Part shown: positions 15,200-30,305 of the stretch, one piece after another | Numbering within the stretch: position 1 is the stretch's first letter | How the letters are laid out: every line of letters starts with the position of its first letter | Assembly: GCA_964016885.1 (NCBI GenBank) | Contig: OZ024749.1 | Location: 24,862,001-24,926,000, forward strand | Length of the DNA: 64,000 nt | Direction of reading: 5' to 3' | Source: Eledone cirrhosa | Lineage: Eukaryota | The notes under the pieces: generated by a model | What the model was told of the DNA's origin: nothing | Database searches by the model: none | Seen by the model: the letters and a program-made list of their open reading frames with translations, nothing else | Made by a program: the position numbers and the translations under genes

Positions 15200-16740
15200 T
15201 GCTTGATTTCCATGCTTCCGACGTCGATAAAGTATTGTACCAGTCACGTACTGAGGTCGATTTAATAGGCTTTCCTCTTTCGAAAAAAAGAAGTTAGTCT
15301 TGTGCCTGAAAAAGAAAATACGGGGTCGATAAAATAAAGTACCAGTAATGCACTGGATATTTGCTGGCCTTGTGCCTAAAGTAGAAACAATTATTATTAG
15401 CACTGTTTGTTCAGAGTTCAGATAACAGCGAGATTAGATTTGCCTTTTATATTTACGCTGTCGAAAAAACAAAGTACCAATAACGCACTGGGGTCGATTG
15501 AACCACCATCCCTCACACTTAAAAAAACCTTGGCCTCATGGTTAAATCAGAAACCATTATTAACAATCCCGCCAAGGTTAACTTTGCCTTTCATCCTTAT
15601 GGGGTCGATAAAATAAAGTACCAGTAATACACTGTGGTAACTGCTGGCCTTGTACCAAAAGTAGAAACAATCATTACAATTACCGCTGGGCAGTGAATTA
15701 GCAGTATCAGTTGAGGCGCCATGCTTTTCAGCATAGAGTTACGCCCCTTTACGGTTTGAGTTCAAATCCCGCCGAGGTTAACTTTGCCTTTCATCCTTAG
15801 AGGGTCGATAAAATAAAGTACCAGTAATGCAATGGGATAATTGTTGGCCTTGCCCCAAAAGTAGAAACAATTATTACAATTCTAAGATAAAAGTGTGTTC
15901 TTAGAACCTCAGATGAAATGCTTGCGGTATATATCTACGACCTTCTATGTTCTAAGTGCAATTCTGTTCGATATCATATTTACTTTTCATTCTGTCTTTG
16001 CTCAAAACAAAGCAGCATCGTAAACCTGTAGAGATGTTTACTAATTCAACTGTGCTGTTCTATTTAAATCTGCGGTCAGATAAAATGATTTCAGGAATTT
16101 GCTTCGAATCTGATTTCTGCTCTCACCCAAGCCGACATTAACTTTCATTATACTTTCATCGATATAATAAAATAGCAGCCAATTTATTGGGTCAATTCAT
16201 TAAGTCGTGTTACCATATCTGATTCTAGACTATGTTGATATCGTTCTTATGAATATTAATGTTGTTGTTACTTTTAATTTTATTGTTTTTTTATATTATT
16301 TGATTTGCTCCATAGAGTTACCTCCCTTTATGTTTTGGGATCAAATCCCGTTGATTTTAACCTTACCGTTCATGCTTACGGTGTCGCTAAAATAAAACAC
16401 TAGTAATGCATTCTCCTCAAAATTGTTGGACTTGTGTCTACTTCAGAAACCATAATTATTATTGCTGTTGTTTCTGTTCATTTTATTGCTGTTAATATCA
16501 TTGTTGTTAAGATGGTGTAGGACTAGCAAAATTGGTAGAGCACCGGATGAAATGTCATTGCAGTATATGTTCTGATTCTTTACATTATGAGGTCATATCC
16601 CGCCGAGGTCAACTTTGACTCCCATATTTCTCGTGGCGGATAAAACAATGTACCAGTTATATTCTGGGGTTAGAATACTCAAATTAACTCTTCCCCAAAT
16701 TTGTTGGCTTTGTGTCTAAATTAATAAGCAATATTATTGC
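15200..16740 (+). mobile_element. Cluster of tandem/nested SINE copies and fragments
   Basis: At least 6 recurrences of the SINE core or tail (about 15320, 15410, 15567, 15688, 16311, 16510), all on the + strand. Confidence 0.85.
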
Positions 16741-17063
16741 TTTTAAGTTTCTTGTTCACGTAATTCCCACCGAATTTATTGGAACTAATGTTTACTTTCC
16801 TTAGAAATTTATGGGTTAACTATCGATAAATGATTCCCAAGAATTATGTCCCTTGCGGCCTCGAGCCGTTACTGAAGCATATTTTAATTAATTCAATTGT
16901 CAGCTGTTATCTAGTGACATATATTATACAGTGTTTTTTTATCTATTTTTTTATTATTTTTATTAAGGAGTAAGTTTCTGTCAGTGGTTTACTGAAATTA
17001 ATGATGTGTAATGTAAGTGGTTGTATTGCAGTTATTCGTAGAGTGGTAGGGTATAGAGGCTAG

Positions 17064-17460
17064 CTGAAAAGAACTTTCATTGGTCGATTATCTAATGATG
17101 CAAGTAGGTCTAAGCGAAGGCGTCTCACCGAAGATGTAAATGCGACTGCGATCAGGCTCTCAGAATGATGTGCAGACGGCAGCTGCAAGCGTGTAGGAGG
17201 ATGACAGTTGGCGTGATCTTCGACGGAACAAAGATGCTGCTGCTCGCGCTCGAGTGGATGAAGGACGACGTGCCGTTCGACGAAGCAGTGACGCCGCTTC
17301 CACTGCTGCTGCACGAAATACTGAAACCATAGAGCAACGACATGGCCGAATTCTGCAAGGTGAACAGCGGCGATCATCGTTACGTGGCATTTCTAGGACT
17401 TGGAATTCACGATGGTTGTTGAAGGCCTTTAACTACGACCCTCCCCCCGACTACGCTGTG
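17064..17460 (+). pseudogene. Relic of Helitron Rep-Helicase N-terminus
   Basis: GC-rich island translating to KRTFIGRLSNDASRSKRRRLTED...ARNTETIEQRHGR...AFNYDPPPDY. Resembles the Arg-rich ET..QR / AF.YD...DY N-terminus of animal Helitron proteins. Disrupted frame. Confidence 0.55.
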
Positions 17461-17491
17461 TTTCCTGGAAACCTGCACGTCTACAAGTCCC

Positions 17492-18056
17492 TTAGGGTGT
17501 CTTAATATTATTGAAATTTCCTGAAATTGTGTGAATATACATCATACCTTGTCCTTTCCCAATGCTTTAAATTTCATATAAATCCAAGAGACAAAACATT
17601 CAGCGGGGTTTTGTGCCCCTTGGGAACCCTTTGATTAAAATAAAATATATATATCCAAGTACCGTAGGCAATGTAGTTTCACAATACACATGATTATGGG
17701 AGTCTACCTCCAAAACCATAGGAGGAGTTCGTAAAATCTTGTTCCATTTATTGACTAAAATTTTTACTATAGGTGTTTAGCACCCATTAGGGTGTCTTAA
17801 TATTATTGAAATGTGCGGAAATCTTGTGAATAGGCATAATATCTTGTCATTGACCTATGATTTAAAATTCATATAAATTGGGGTTTGTGCTTCCGGGGAA
17901 CTCCTTGATTAAAATGAAATATACTTATCCAAGTACCCTGGACAATGCAGTTTCATAATATATATTGTTATGGAGGTCTATCTCCAAAACTATAGGAGGA
18001 GTTCGTGAACTAACAAAGAAACAAGCAGACAGGAACTACAACTTTATATATATAGA
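17492..18056 (-). mobile_element. Non-autonomous Helitron 5' portion with internal ~295-bp-period duplication
   Basis: Minus-strand start TCTATATATATAAAGTTGTAGTTCCTGTCTG resembles the 5' ends at 45754 and 53191. 17492-17733 is repeated at 17787-18008. Confidence 0.6.
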
Positions 18057-18104
18057 TATATGTTTCTACATTTGGTTAAATGTCACCCATTTCTTTGGGA
18101 GGAT

Positions 18105-18260
18105 AGCATTCGACTACACCAACCCCAGTGATTGCGGGTACTTTATTTGATTGACCTCGAAGGCAACGCTAACCACAGCGTGTCTTGGACGTAATGTGCC
18201 GTAATTACATGCCGCAAAGCATGGTATCCGGGTCTCTAACGATTTTGCCAATCCAGCACA
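18105..18260 (-). mobile_element. Diverged SINE
   Basis: GGTACTTTATTTGATTGACCTCGAAGGCAACGCTAACC...TTTTGCCAATCC, a reverse-complement family match. Confidence 0.6.
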
Positions 18261-18965
18261 CTAATATGACCTGCTTGTGATAAGTAAGTTTTTAAATGCC
18301 ACGTCTCTCACAACATCTTGTTACAGAAAATGGATAGATGTCTGATGTTAATATTTTTTAAATCCAGAAGACATAATAAATACTGTCTTTCTATCACTGA
18401 TTAAATAGGAAACAATCAACGCTATGAATTTTAAAGCACTGTATTTCATCTAATTTACCATTGCTTGCTTTCTTCATTCTGAAATATTTTAACAAAATGT
18501 GGCATATATTTCTAATGTTTACTTATTACGCCTTATTGCGTTTAACTTTATTACATTTCAATATTAAACGATCGAATAATCTAGATATAGGTATAAATAC
18601 ACTAATTCTTGAAGGAAAATATGACCAGAGGTTATAAAACTATCAAATCAAATAAAAATTTATTTTAAACAATTTAATACAAACACAAGCAAAGAAACAA
18701 CAAGCGATAAAAAGAATACATAATACACACACAGAAACAGTAACACAATCAGACGCTGTCGGTACGGAAAACATACTGATATTGTGTGTATATGTGAGTG
18801 TGCGTGTTTGTATTTATGTGGTGTGTATGTGTGTGTGTGTTGAATGTTGTATATCAACAAATCAAAACGGAAGAAAACATTGCACACTCACTCGCTTCAT
18901 GTCCCTTTAGCATGGTCAGAAACACAAATATACGTAAATCAAAATTAACAGAGCAAAAACATACG

Positions 18966-19036
<71 letters not shown>

Positions 19037-19154
19037 TATATATATATATATAATTATATATATATAATTATATATATATATAATTATATATATATATATT
19101 TCGTTTCTGAATTTGTTTAGCAAGACTCTTTATCTGAAAACGTGTGTTGAAACC

Positions 19155-19531
19155 GATATTGTTATACTTTGGGAGGGTCATGTTGCCAATAAGAAACACA
19201 CGCACCAGTTGCTTCACTTCAATTTATTATAATAAATTTATAAATTTAGGAATTTATAAATTTCTGGTTGGTTGGTTGGTTCCACAACCAGATGGTTGTT
19301 TATATATTGTCAAAGTTCTTTCGTCACACATTATGTGACCTCTTCAGTGACTGGGGATTCTTTTCTTTGTTATTGTGCCTCGCGTTTGTTCTGTCCTACG
19401 GTAGAACCAACCAACCAATCAGAAATTTATAAATTCCTAAATTTATAAATTTATTATAATAAATTGAAGTGGAAGCTCATGGTGCGTGTGTTTCTTATTG
19501 GCAACATGACCCTCCCAAAGTATAACGATAT
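19155..19531. mobile_element. Fold-back element with ~125-bp inverted arms around a hammerhead-bearing loop
   Basis: 19155-19282 is the reverse complement of 19405-19531. Embedded in (TA)n. Confidence 0.8.
19309..19351 (-). ncRNA. Minimal type I hammerhead motif
   Basis: Minus strand: GTCA CTGAAGA G GTCACA TAATG TGTGAC GAAA GAAC TT TGAC. Stem I GTCA/TGAC. Confidence 0.7.
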
Positions 19532-20310
19532 ATATATATATAGAATTATATATATATATATAATTATATATATATATTTATAATTATATATATATGTATA
19601 ATTATATATATATATATAATTATATATATATATATATATATAATTATATATATATAGATATATATATATATAATTATATATATATATATATAAAATTATA
19701 TACATATATAATTATATATATATATTTATAATTATATATATATATTTATAATTATATATATATATATAATTATATATATATTAATACTTGTATATATATA
19801 TATATATATAATTATATATATATATATATATATAATTATATATATATTAATAATTATATATATATAATTGTATATATATATATAATTATACATATATATA
19901 TAATTATATATATATATAATTATATATATAGATATATAATTATATATATATATATAATTATATATATAATTATATATAATTGTATATATATATATGTAAT
20001 TATGTATATATAATTCTATTTATATATATATATAACTATATATATATATATAATTATATATATATATATATAATATATATATAATTATATATATATATAT
20101 ACATAATTATATATATATAGTTGTAATTATATATATATATATAATTATATTTTTATATATATGTATATATAATTATATATAGTAATAATAATAAATTTGA
20201 AGACTAAAATCCAAAGAGGGCAGCGATTCTTTGCTTAAACTTTAATCTGTTATTTTAATAAATATAATTATATATATATATTTATAATTATATATATATA
20301 TATATAATTA

Positions 20311-20376
20311 TATAGTGTTGATGGTATCAGAGTCTTGGGACATATGTCCCAAGGCTCTGATACCATCACCACTATA
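20311..20376. repeat. 66-bp near-perfect palindrome
   Basis: TATAGTGTTGATGGTATCAGAGTCTTGGGACAT|ATGTCCCAAGGCTCTGATACCATCACCACTATA. Confidence 0.9.
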
Positions 20377-20408
20377 CACACAGAGCTGGCATATCTAAGA
20401 ACTGACTA

Positions 20409-20464
20409 ACTGCCTGATGAGGTCATAGCCATTCAACGGCTATCATCGAAATATATATAGCAGT
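20409..20464 (+). ncRNA. Type I hammerhead ribozyme motif
   Basis: ACTGC CTGATGA GGTCATAGCC ATTCAAC GGCTATCATC GAAA TATATA TA GCAGT. Stem I ACTGC/GCAGT, palindromic stem III. Confidence 0.82.
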
Positions 20465-20596
20465 AAATAAAGGATTATGAGTTCATGCAATTGACTTATG
20501 TTTCGTCACTATATAATTATATAATTATATATATATATAATTATATATATATATATATTATTATATATATATAATTATATATAAATATATATATAA

Positions 20597-20970
<374 letters not shown>

Positions 20971-20971
20971 T

Positions 20972-21003
<32 letters not shown>

Positions 21004-21148
21004 TACAGATGTTATGTACTTTTGACTGGCTTACAATTAACTCCTACATTGATTTGTTTCTTTATTACTATAGTTTGTAGTTTCCTCCTCCTTCTTCTTC
21101 TTCTTCTTCTTCTTCTTCTTCTTTTTCTTCTTCTTCTTTTTTCTTTTT

Positions 21149-21180
<32 letters not shown>

Positions 21181-21279
21181 CTCCAATGTTATTATTATAC
21201 CATTGTTATCATTTTGTTATATTATGTCGGCCCCTGTGGCCGGCAAATGAAACCATTATTACTATTAGTATTATTATCT

Positions 21280-21345
<66 letters not shown>

Positions 21346-21632
21346 GTAGTATTTGTAGTAGCAGTAGCAGTAGTACTATTATTGTCAATATTCGTTCTCC
21401 TGGTTATTTACAATGATTCGATCGACTTGCCTCTCAGCTATGATCACCTGTCCGTTACCATAACAGGAAATACGATAAATTTGACTCGAGTAGTCGCTAG
21501 ATTTAGACGTGATACTGCCTCAAGTTATAACGGTTTATAGAAGGTGGTGGGTATTATTTAAATGTTTTCCAATTGTGTGAATGTGTATATTTTTATAACG
21601 ATGGAGTTATATATATGTATATATATATATAT

Positions 21633-21663
<31 letters not shown>

Positions 21664-21676
21664 ATATATATATATT

Positions 21677-21780
<104 letters not shown>

Positions 21781-21885
21781 CATCTATAAAGATATTTATT
21801 TATATATATATATATATATCAACACACACACACAATATATATATACATATATATATATATTTATTTACATATATATATATATCAT

Positions 21886-21920
<35 letters not shown>

Positions 21921-21989
21921 CATATATAGATATATTTATTTATATATATATCAACACACACACACATATATATATACATACATATATAC

Positions 21990-22035
<46 letters not shown>

Positions 22036-22114
22036 TTATATATTCATATATATGTGCATTTATATATACATATATAACATACATATATATAGACACATAT
22101 ATATATATATATAT

Positions 22115-22177
<63 letters not shown>

Positions 22178-22704
22178 TACACATATACATATATTCACCC
22201 ATATATATATATGTATATATATATATATGGGGGGGGGAGGGGCTCTGTGTGTTCGTGTGTTTGTGTTTCTGCATGTATGTGTGTGTGTTCACAAATAAAT
22301 AAATGTACCCGAAGTAATAGAAAGCTATAAATATATATTCATATATACATACATATACACACACATACATATATATATATATACATATACACACACATAT
22401 ATATATATATATTAAATAAAAAAATAGTACATATATATGTGTGAGCATGTTTGTGTATAATTATATTTCATCATTTTATATATGATTCTTTACATACCTA
22501 ATATATGTATCTCATTCTTTAGTGGTGGGGATGGTCGGGGATTTGGTGTATCCTAACTACATTAAATAATTTTCATAATGATGTAAATACATAGCCAGAT
22601 ATTTAATTATGTAGTTTCAACATGTCTTCTAAATATATGACTGATAATTTTGAAAGTTTCGGCCACTTAACGACACCACGGTCCACTCAAGCAGAGTGTT
22701 ATTA

Positions 22705-23142
22705 TAGTGGATTGGCAGTAAGGGCAGTGGATTGGCAGTATCGGTAGAGGGTCGGACGCCATGCTTTCCAGCATAGTTATGTCCCTTTACGATCTGAGTT
22801 CAAATCCCGCCGAGGTTGACTTTGCCTTTCATCCTTACGGGGTCGATAAAATAAAGTACCAGTAATGCACTGGTTAATTGCTGGCCTTGTGCCTAAAGTA
22901 GAAACAATTATTTACTCAGAAGGCGGTGTATTAGCAGTATCGGTAGAGGGTCGGACACCCTGCTTTGAGGCATAGCGTTACGGCCCTTGCCATTCTGATT
23001 TCAAATCAGGCCGAGGTTAACTTTGCCTTTCATCCTTACGGCATCGATAAACTAAAGTACCAGTCATGCACTAGTGTCGATTTAGTCGACGTTCCCCTCC
23101 CCCAAAATTGCTGACCATGTGCCTATATAAGAAACCATTATT
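22705..23142 (+). mobile_element. Two tandem tRNA-derived SINEs
   Basis: Full head-core-tail at about 22722-22911 and 22922-23142. Confidence 0.88.
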
Positions 23143-23226
23143 ACGGATATATATCCGTGTGAGGGATTTTTATTCTGGATTTCTTGGAGGAATTTGTCCA
23201 AATACATTTTATATTTCATGTGATAT

Positions 23227-24939
23227 GTCTCTCTTTTAATGTGTTTCCGTGCAATGTCTCTCTTTTAATGTGTTTCCGTGCAGTGTCTCTCTTTTAATGT
23301 GTTTCCGTGCATTGTCTCTCTTTTAATGTGTTTCCGTGCAGTGTCTCTCTTTTAATGTGTTTCCGTGCAATGTCTCTCTTTTAATGTGTTTCCGTGCAGT
23401 GTCTCTCTTTTAATGTGTTTCCGTGCAGTGTCTCTCTTTTAATGTGTTTCCGTGCATTGTCTCTCTTTTAATGTGTTTCCGTGCATTGTCTCTCTTTTAA
23501 TGTGTTTCTGTGCAGTGTCTCTCTTTTAATGTGTTTCCGTGCAGTGTCTCTCTTTTAATGTGTTTCCGTGCAATGTCTCTCTTTTAATGTGTTTCCGTGC
23601 ATTGTCTCTCTTTTAATGTGTTTCCGTGCAGTGTCTCTCTTTTAATGTGTTTCCGTGCATTGTCTCTCTTTTAATGTGTTTCTGTGCAGTGTCTCTCTTT
23701 TAATGTGTTTCTGTGCAGTGTCTCTCTTTTAATGTGTTTCTGTGCAATGTCTCTCTTTTAATGTGTTTCCGTGCATTGTCTCTCTTTTAATGTGTTTCTG
23801 TGCAGTGTCTCTCTTTTAATGTGTTTCCGTGCAGTGTCTCTCTTTTAATGTGTTTCCGTGCATTGTCTCTCTTTTAATGTGTTTCTGTGCAGTGTCTCTC
23901 TTTTAATGTGTTTCTGTGCAGTGTCTCTCTTTTAATGTGTTTCCGTGCAATGTCTCTCTTTTAATGTGTTTCCGTGCAATGTCTCTCTTTTAATGTGTTT
24001 CCGTGCATTGTCTCTCTTTTAATGTGTTTCTGTGCAGTGTCTCTCTTTTAATGTGTTTCTGTGCTGTGTCTCTCTTTTAATGTGTTTCTGTACAGTGTCT
24101 CTCTTTTAATGTGTTTCCGTGCATTGTCTCTCTTTTAATGTGTTTCTGTGTAGTGTCTCTCTTTTAATGTGTTTCTGTGCAGTGTCTCTCTTTTAATGTG
24201 TTTCCGTGCAGTGTCTCTCTTTTAATGTGTTTCCGTGCAATGTCTCTCTTTTAATGTGTTTCTGTGCAGTGTCTCTCTTTTAATGTGTTTCCGTGCATTG
24301 TCTCTCTTATAATGTGTTTCCGTGCATTGTCTCTCTTTTAATGTGTTTCCGTGCAGTGTCTCTCTTTTAATGTGTTTCTGTGCAGTGTCTCTCTTTTAAT
24401 GTGTTTCCGTGCAGTGTCTCTCTTTTAATGTGTTTCCGTGCAGTGTCTCTCTTTTAATGTGTTTCCGTGCAATGTCTCTCTTTTAATGTGTTTCCGTGCA
24501 GTGTCTCTCTTTTAATGTGTTTCCGTGCAATGTCTCTCTTTTAATGTGTTTCCGTGCAATGTCTCTCTTTTAATGTATTTCCGTGCAGTGTCTCTCTTTT
24601 AATGTGTTTCCGTGCAGTGTCTCTCTTTTAATGTGTTTCCGTGCAATGTCTCTCTTTTAATGTGTTTCCGTGCAGTGTCTCTCTTTTAATGTGTTTCCGT
24701 GCAATGTCTCTCTTTTAATGTGTTTCCGTGTAATGTCTCTCTTTTAATGTGTTTCCGTGCAGTGTCTCTCTTTTAATGTGTTTCCGTGCAGTTTCTCTCT
24801 TTTAATGTGTTTCCGTGCAATGTCTCTCTTTTAATGTGTTTCCGTGCAGTGTCTCTCTTTTAATGTGTTTCCGTGCAGTGTCTCTCTTTTAATGTGTTTC
24901 CGTGCAATGTCTCTCTTTTAATGTGTTTCCGTGCAATGT
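23227..24939. repeat. 29-bp minisatellite, ~59 copies
   Basis: Unit TGTCTCTCTTTTAATGTGTTTC(C/T)GTGCA(A/G/T), contiguous with no spacers. Confidence 0.97.
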
Positions 24940-25834
24940 TAAAGAGAGCTGGACCAGTTAAGGTTAAATAACTGTGCCGTTATGTTGTTATGGGATGCCA
25001 TTTTTGTTGTGGGCGGATATCACGGATCGAAGTCTTACGTATACTTTAAGACTTGTATGTACAGATATTGTCATATATATTCACAACCATGTATTTGAGA
25101 AGGCCTATGTAGGGCGGCTAATATGCAGAATCTTTAGAACGTCGGAGAGAATACTTTGAGGTATTCATTCCGGCTCTCTGCTACTTATTTCAAATCAAAT
25201 TCCCGAAGATCAAAATTGGCCTATAATGATTTCGATGTACCTAAAAAAGTAGTAGTCTAGTGCAGGGGTCGATTCACACGCTATATTTCATTCTCAACTT
25301 TCTTTCTCCCAATTGTTAATGTTCGTTGGAAGAGTTCTACTATGGTCAGATCCAGAAAATGATGAGATTTGCTCTACTGTAAAACCCCAGAAACATTGTA
25401 TTACTGCCCGGCGCCTCTGTAATACCGTAAAGTGTTAAAGCATTAAGTAAAGAAAGGATAAGATAACTCTGGTTATTGATGCCTTTCAAAAAGAGTCAGA
25501 GATATATCTTAATTTATTGTGTTGTACATCAAATCATTCTGGTTTACCCATCTTCATGAAGGGTCTATACTGTGGAACAAATTATTCAATAACAGTGATT
25601 CATTGGCTTAATAGTCACAAATATCAGCAGATATTTCAGAGATTAGACGTTAGACACTTATTATAGGCAAGTGGACACATTTTGTATGTGTATTCTACCA
25701 GATTTCCATGCTATGTATTTTAGCGGCGGATTTTTGCATGTGAGTTTCATATATTTCCTATGAAATTTATAATTACACAGCGCTGTGATATTTTGAAACA
25801 CGCACACATACACACGCACATATATGTGTGTACA

Positions 25835-26188
<354 letters not shown>

Positions 26189-26189
26189 A

Positions 26190-26323
26190 TACGTTATTCC
26201 GGGTTGAATCGGAGGTAACCAAAGTAAGTAAGGTAATCAATACATTGCAGAGTATAAAGGTTGTAATATAGATGAGATTCTACAGGACTAGAACTGTTTC
26301 ATTCTTTAGAAATCATCAGGAAT
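26190..26323 (-). mobile_element. pLTR-like fragment with hammerhead motif (26275-26323), paralogue of 11240-11373
   Basis: Reverse complement match through the HHR core and the downstream GGTTACCT(T/C)CGATTCAACCCG(G)AATAACGT end. Confidence 0.8.
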
Positions 26324-26334
26324 ATCTATATATG

Positions 26335-26419
<85 letters not shown>

Positions 26420-26420
26420 T

Positions 26421-26460
<40 letters not shown>

Positions 26461-26916
26461 CATATATGCATATCTATGTATATATATATAAAAATGTACA
26501 CAAGCTAGATCGAGTTAACGTTTTAAAAGCAATATTTGTATATTATATATGTGTATATATAAAAAAATATATATATATAAAAAATATATACGTTTATATC
26601 TGTATAGAAATATGTGTGTATGTGTGTGTGTATGTGTCACTGGGTGTCTAAGAGCAGAATTTTCTTTATATTACGTAATATTTGGTACGGTGTATAGTTA
26701 ATCGTATGAGAAACTTTGGCTTCCTTATCCGGGTCGTTTGTCGTTTTCTTCTTTTTGGCTTCTTGATGAATATTAATACTTTATCGCCTTATGCAAGTCA
26801 TGTTTCTTATGTAAGATACTCTTAATCTTTTGTAAATGAAACAATATTTTCTATAGCATGTACAGTATATGTATTAACTCAGACACGCATCAACACACAT
26901 ACATCCATACACATAT

Positions 26917-26962
<46 letters not shown>

Positions 26963-27011
26963 GTATGAATGCATACATGCATACGTATATTTATATGTAT
27001 ATATATATATT

Positions 27012-27047
<36 letters not shown>

Positions 27048-27072
27048 AGTGTATGAGTGCATACATGCATAC

Positions 27073-27129
<57 letters not shown>

Positions 27130-27157
27130 TAAATGTATGAGTACATACATGCATGCG

Positions 27158-27211
<54 letters not shown>

Positions 27212-27244
27212 TAAATGTATGAATGAATACATGCATACGTATAA

Positions 27245-27309
<65 letters not shown>

Positions 27310-27655
27310 GCAGTATGTATACGTAGGTTTATATGAGCTTGTGAACACGTAGGTAGTCGCAGACGCGTTTGTATGTGAGAATATTTGTGAAAAAAAAAGA
27401 AGTGATTATGAATGAAAAAATAAGATGTTTTACAGGATTAAAATCAACAGGAATCTCATATGGGATTATGAATTCACCTCCGGTGTAAGCTTATCCTCAA
27501 TTCTTACTGTCAAATATATATATCCGAAATATATTTCTCTGTCCGTCCTCTCTTGCTTCTCCTTATCTTCGTCTGTATCGGCGTTTACTTATCATATACG
27601 TATTTTATATTGACACATTTACATGTGTATTTATACCATTGTATATTTAATTGTA

Positions 27656-27755
<100 letters not shown>

Positions 27756-27940
27756 TATGCATATATATATATACATATGTATACATATTTTACATATATT
27801 TATATGTATGTATATATATAGATATACATATGTATACATATTTAACATATATTTATATGTATGTATATATATATATATATATGTACATGCATATATATAT
27901 ATACATATGTATACATATTTTACATATATTTATATGTATG

Positions 27941-28034
<94 letters not shown>

Positions 28035-28043
28035 GATATACAT

Positions 28044-28150
<107 letters not shown>

Positions 28151-28506
28151 TATACATACACATGTATATATATATATAAATATATATATATATACATTCA
28201 TACATATATCCATACACATAGATATATATATAGATATATATATAATTAAATACATATGTTGATAGGCAGGTGCATAGAGACATGTATACACCAACATATG
28301 ACGGCGTATACACATATAGAAAGGCGTTATTTTCCGTTCCATCAGAGATATCATTCACCCCCAAATTCTTCATATATGAGCTCAGCTTCTGACTGTGTTG
28401 TTTAAATTTATTGTTTATTATATATATTATATTATATCACATTATATTATACACACACTCACACGCACGCACACATATATATTTATATGTGTGTGTGTAT
28501 ATATAC

Positions 28507-28581
<75 letters not shown>

Positions 28582-28647
28582 TATAGATATATAGATAGAT
28601 ATAGATAGACATAGATAGACAGATAAATGGCTATATATATATGTATG

Positions 28648-28737
<90 letters not shown>

Positions 28738-28768
28738 CATACATATATAGTCACACCACCACACCCCC

Positions 28769-28805
<37 letters not shown>

Positions 28806-28932
28806 AGGCAATATCAAAAGAAATATGAAGAACAGATTCAAAGTTATAGGGATGTAAGTAATGAACGCCGAAACAAAATTAATATTTACCCGAAATATAC
28901 AACCGAACACACTCACACACACATATACATAC

Positions 28933-29020
<88 letters not shown>

Positions 29021-29039
29021 TTGTGTGAATGTGTGTGCG

Positions 29040-29094
<55 letters not shown>

Positions 29095-29508
29095 TTATTA
29101 TTATTATTAATTCTTCTAACGGGAAAAATTACAATGTATTACTTAAGTGTGTAAGAAAAAAAAAAGAAGCGAGAGTAAAATCTTATATATTTTGTCTTTG
29201 TTGCTATGATACAAAAAAATATCAATAACTTTCATTTCACTTGACAATCGATTTTTTGCAGAGCAAAGCTTTGTTATTGGATTAACTAGACTCGGGCTAA
29301 ATTACTGATAGATGTTCAAAGCTCGAAATTTTCATTACAGAATTTGTTAAATTACGTTAATATATATAATAGGAAAAGAAGGGCGAGGACTAAAGTAAAA
29401 TGTGGTAGTGCGAGGTTGATATATCATATGAGGTTGTAGAGGTGGTGTTGTGTATATGTTTGCTATAGTATACTTATATATATGCACACTAGCTACGCTA
29501 GCTTGTCG

Positions 29509-29612
<104 letters not shown>

Positions 29613-29897
29613 TATGTGTGTGTGTGTGTGCGTGTGTGTTTGCATTAAGTCAACAACAGAAGGCCGGACTGGAAAATCTACTCCAGGATTTTAATGTCCT
29701 AGCTCCATCATCCTATTTTGATACAAGAGGAAGCGACCTCATCAGGTGTTGTTTGCAGAATTATGTAACAGGATTACGTTGAACCGAAACATATAATGGA
29801 AGATAGGAGACAGAGTAATAAAAAGAGGAATAAGAAAATAGAAAATTCGATACGGGGACAGCCTGCAAATATGGTGTTATACCACTAACATACGGCC

Positions 29898-29973
<76 letters not shown>

Positions 29974-30260
29974 AAATAACGAAACGAAATTAAATTTCGT
30001 TTCGTTTGTAACTCACTTTTGTATGACTGACGCTTAAACAATTAAGTTAAAAATGTACATCCACATATGTATACTGAAATACTAGTATGCATATGAATAC
30101 ACACACGTATACATATGTAGATGTACCGAGTTTTTCACTGGTCACTTTACTGTGAGTGTCCAGCTATTCTGTATGTAAACACACAGACAAACCGGTTTTT
30201 AGAGTCATACTGGTTTTTGAGGAAACACCTTTCCTCTATTCTCCAGAAAGCCAGACAAGG

Positions 30261-30305
30261 AATATTGAACTAGTTTCGATGTTGTTACATCTCATCAGCA
30301 ATATT
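30261..30305 (-). ncRNA. Minimal type I hammerhead ribozyme motif
   Basis: Minus strand: AATATTG CTGATGA GATGT AACA ACATC GAAA CTAG TT CAATATT. 7-bp stem I, 5-bp stem II, palindromic CTAG stem III. Confidence 0.88.

Noticed and set aside
29725-29750. Minus-strand CTGATGAG
   Set aside because: No appropriately placed GAAA or pairing stems downstream. The same applies to CTGATGA near 45286 and 52849.
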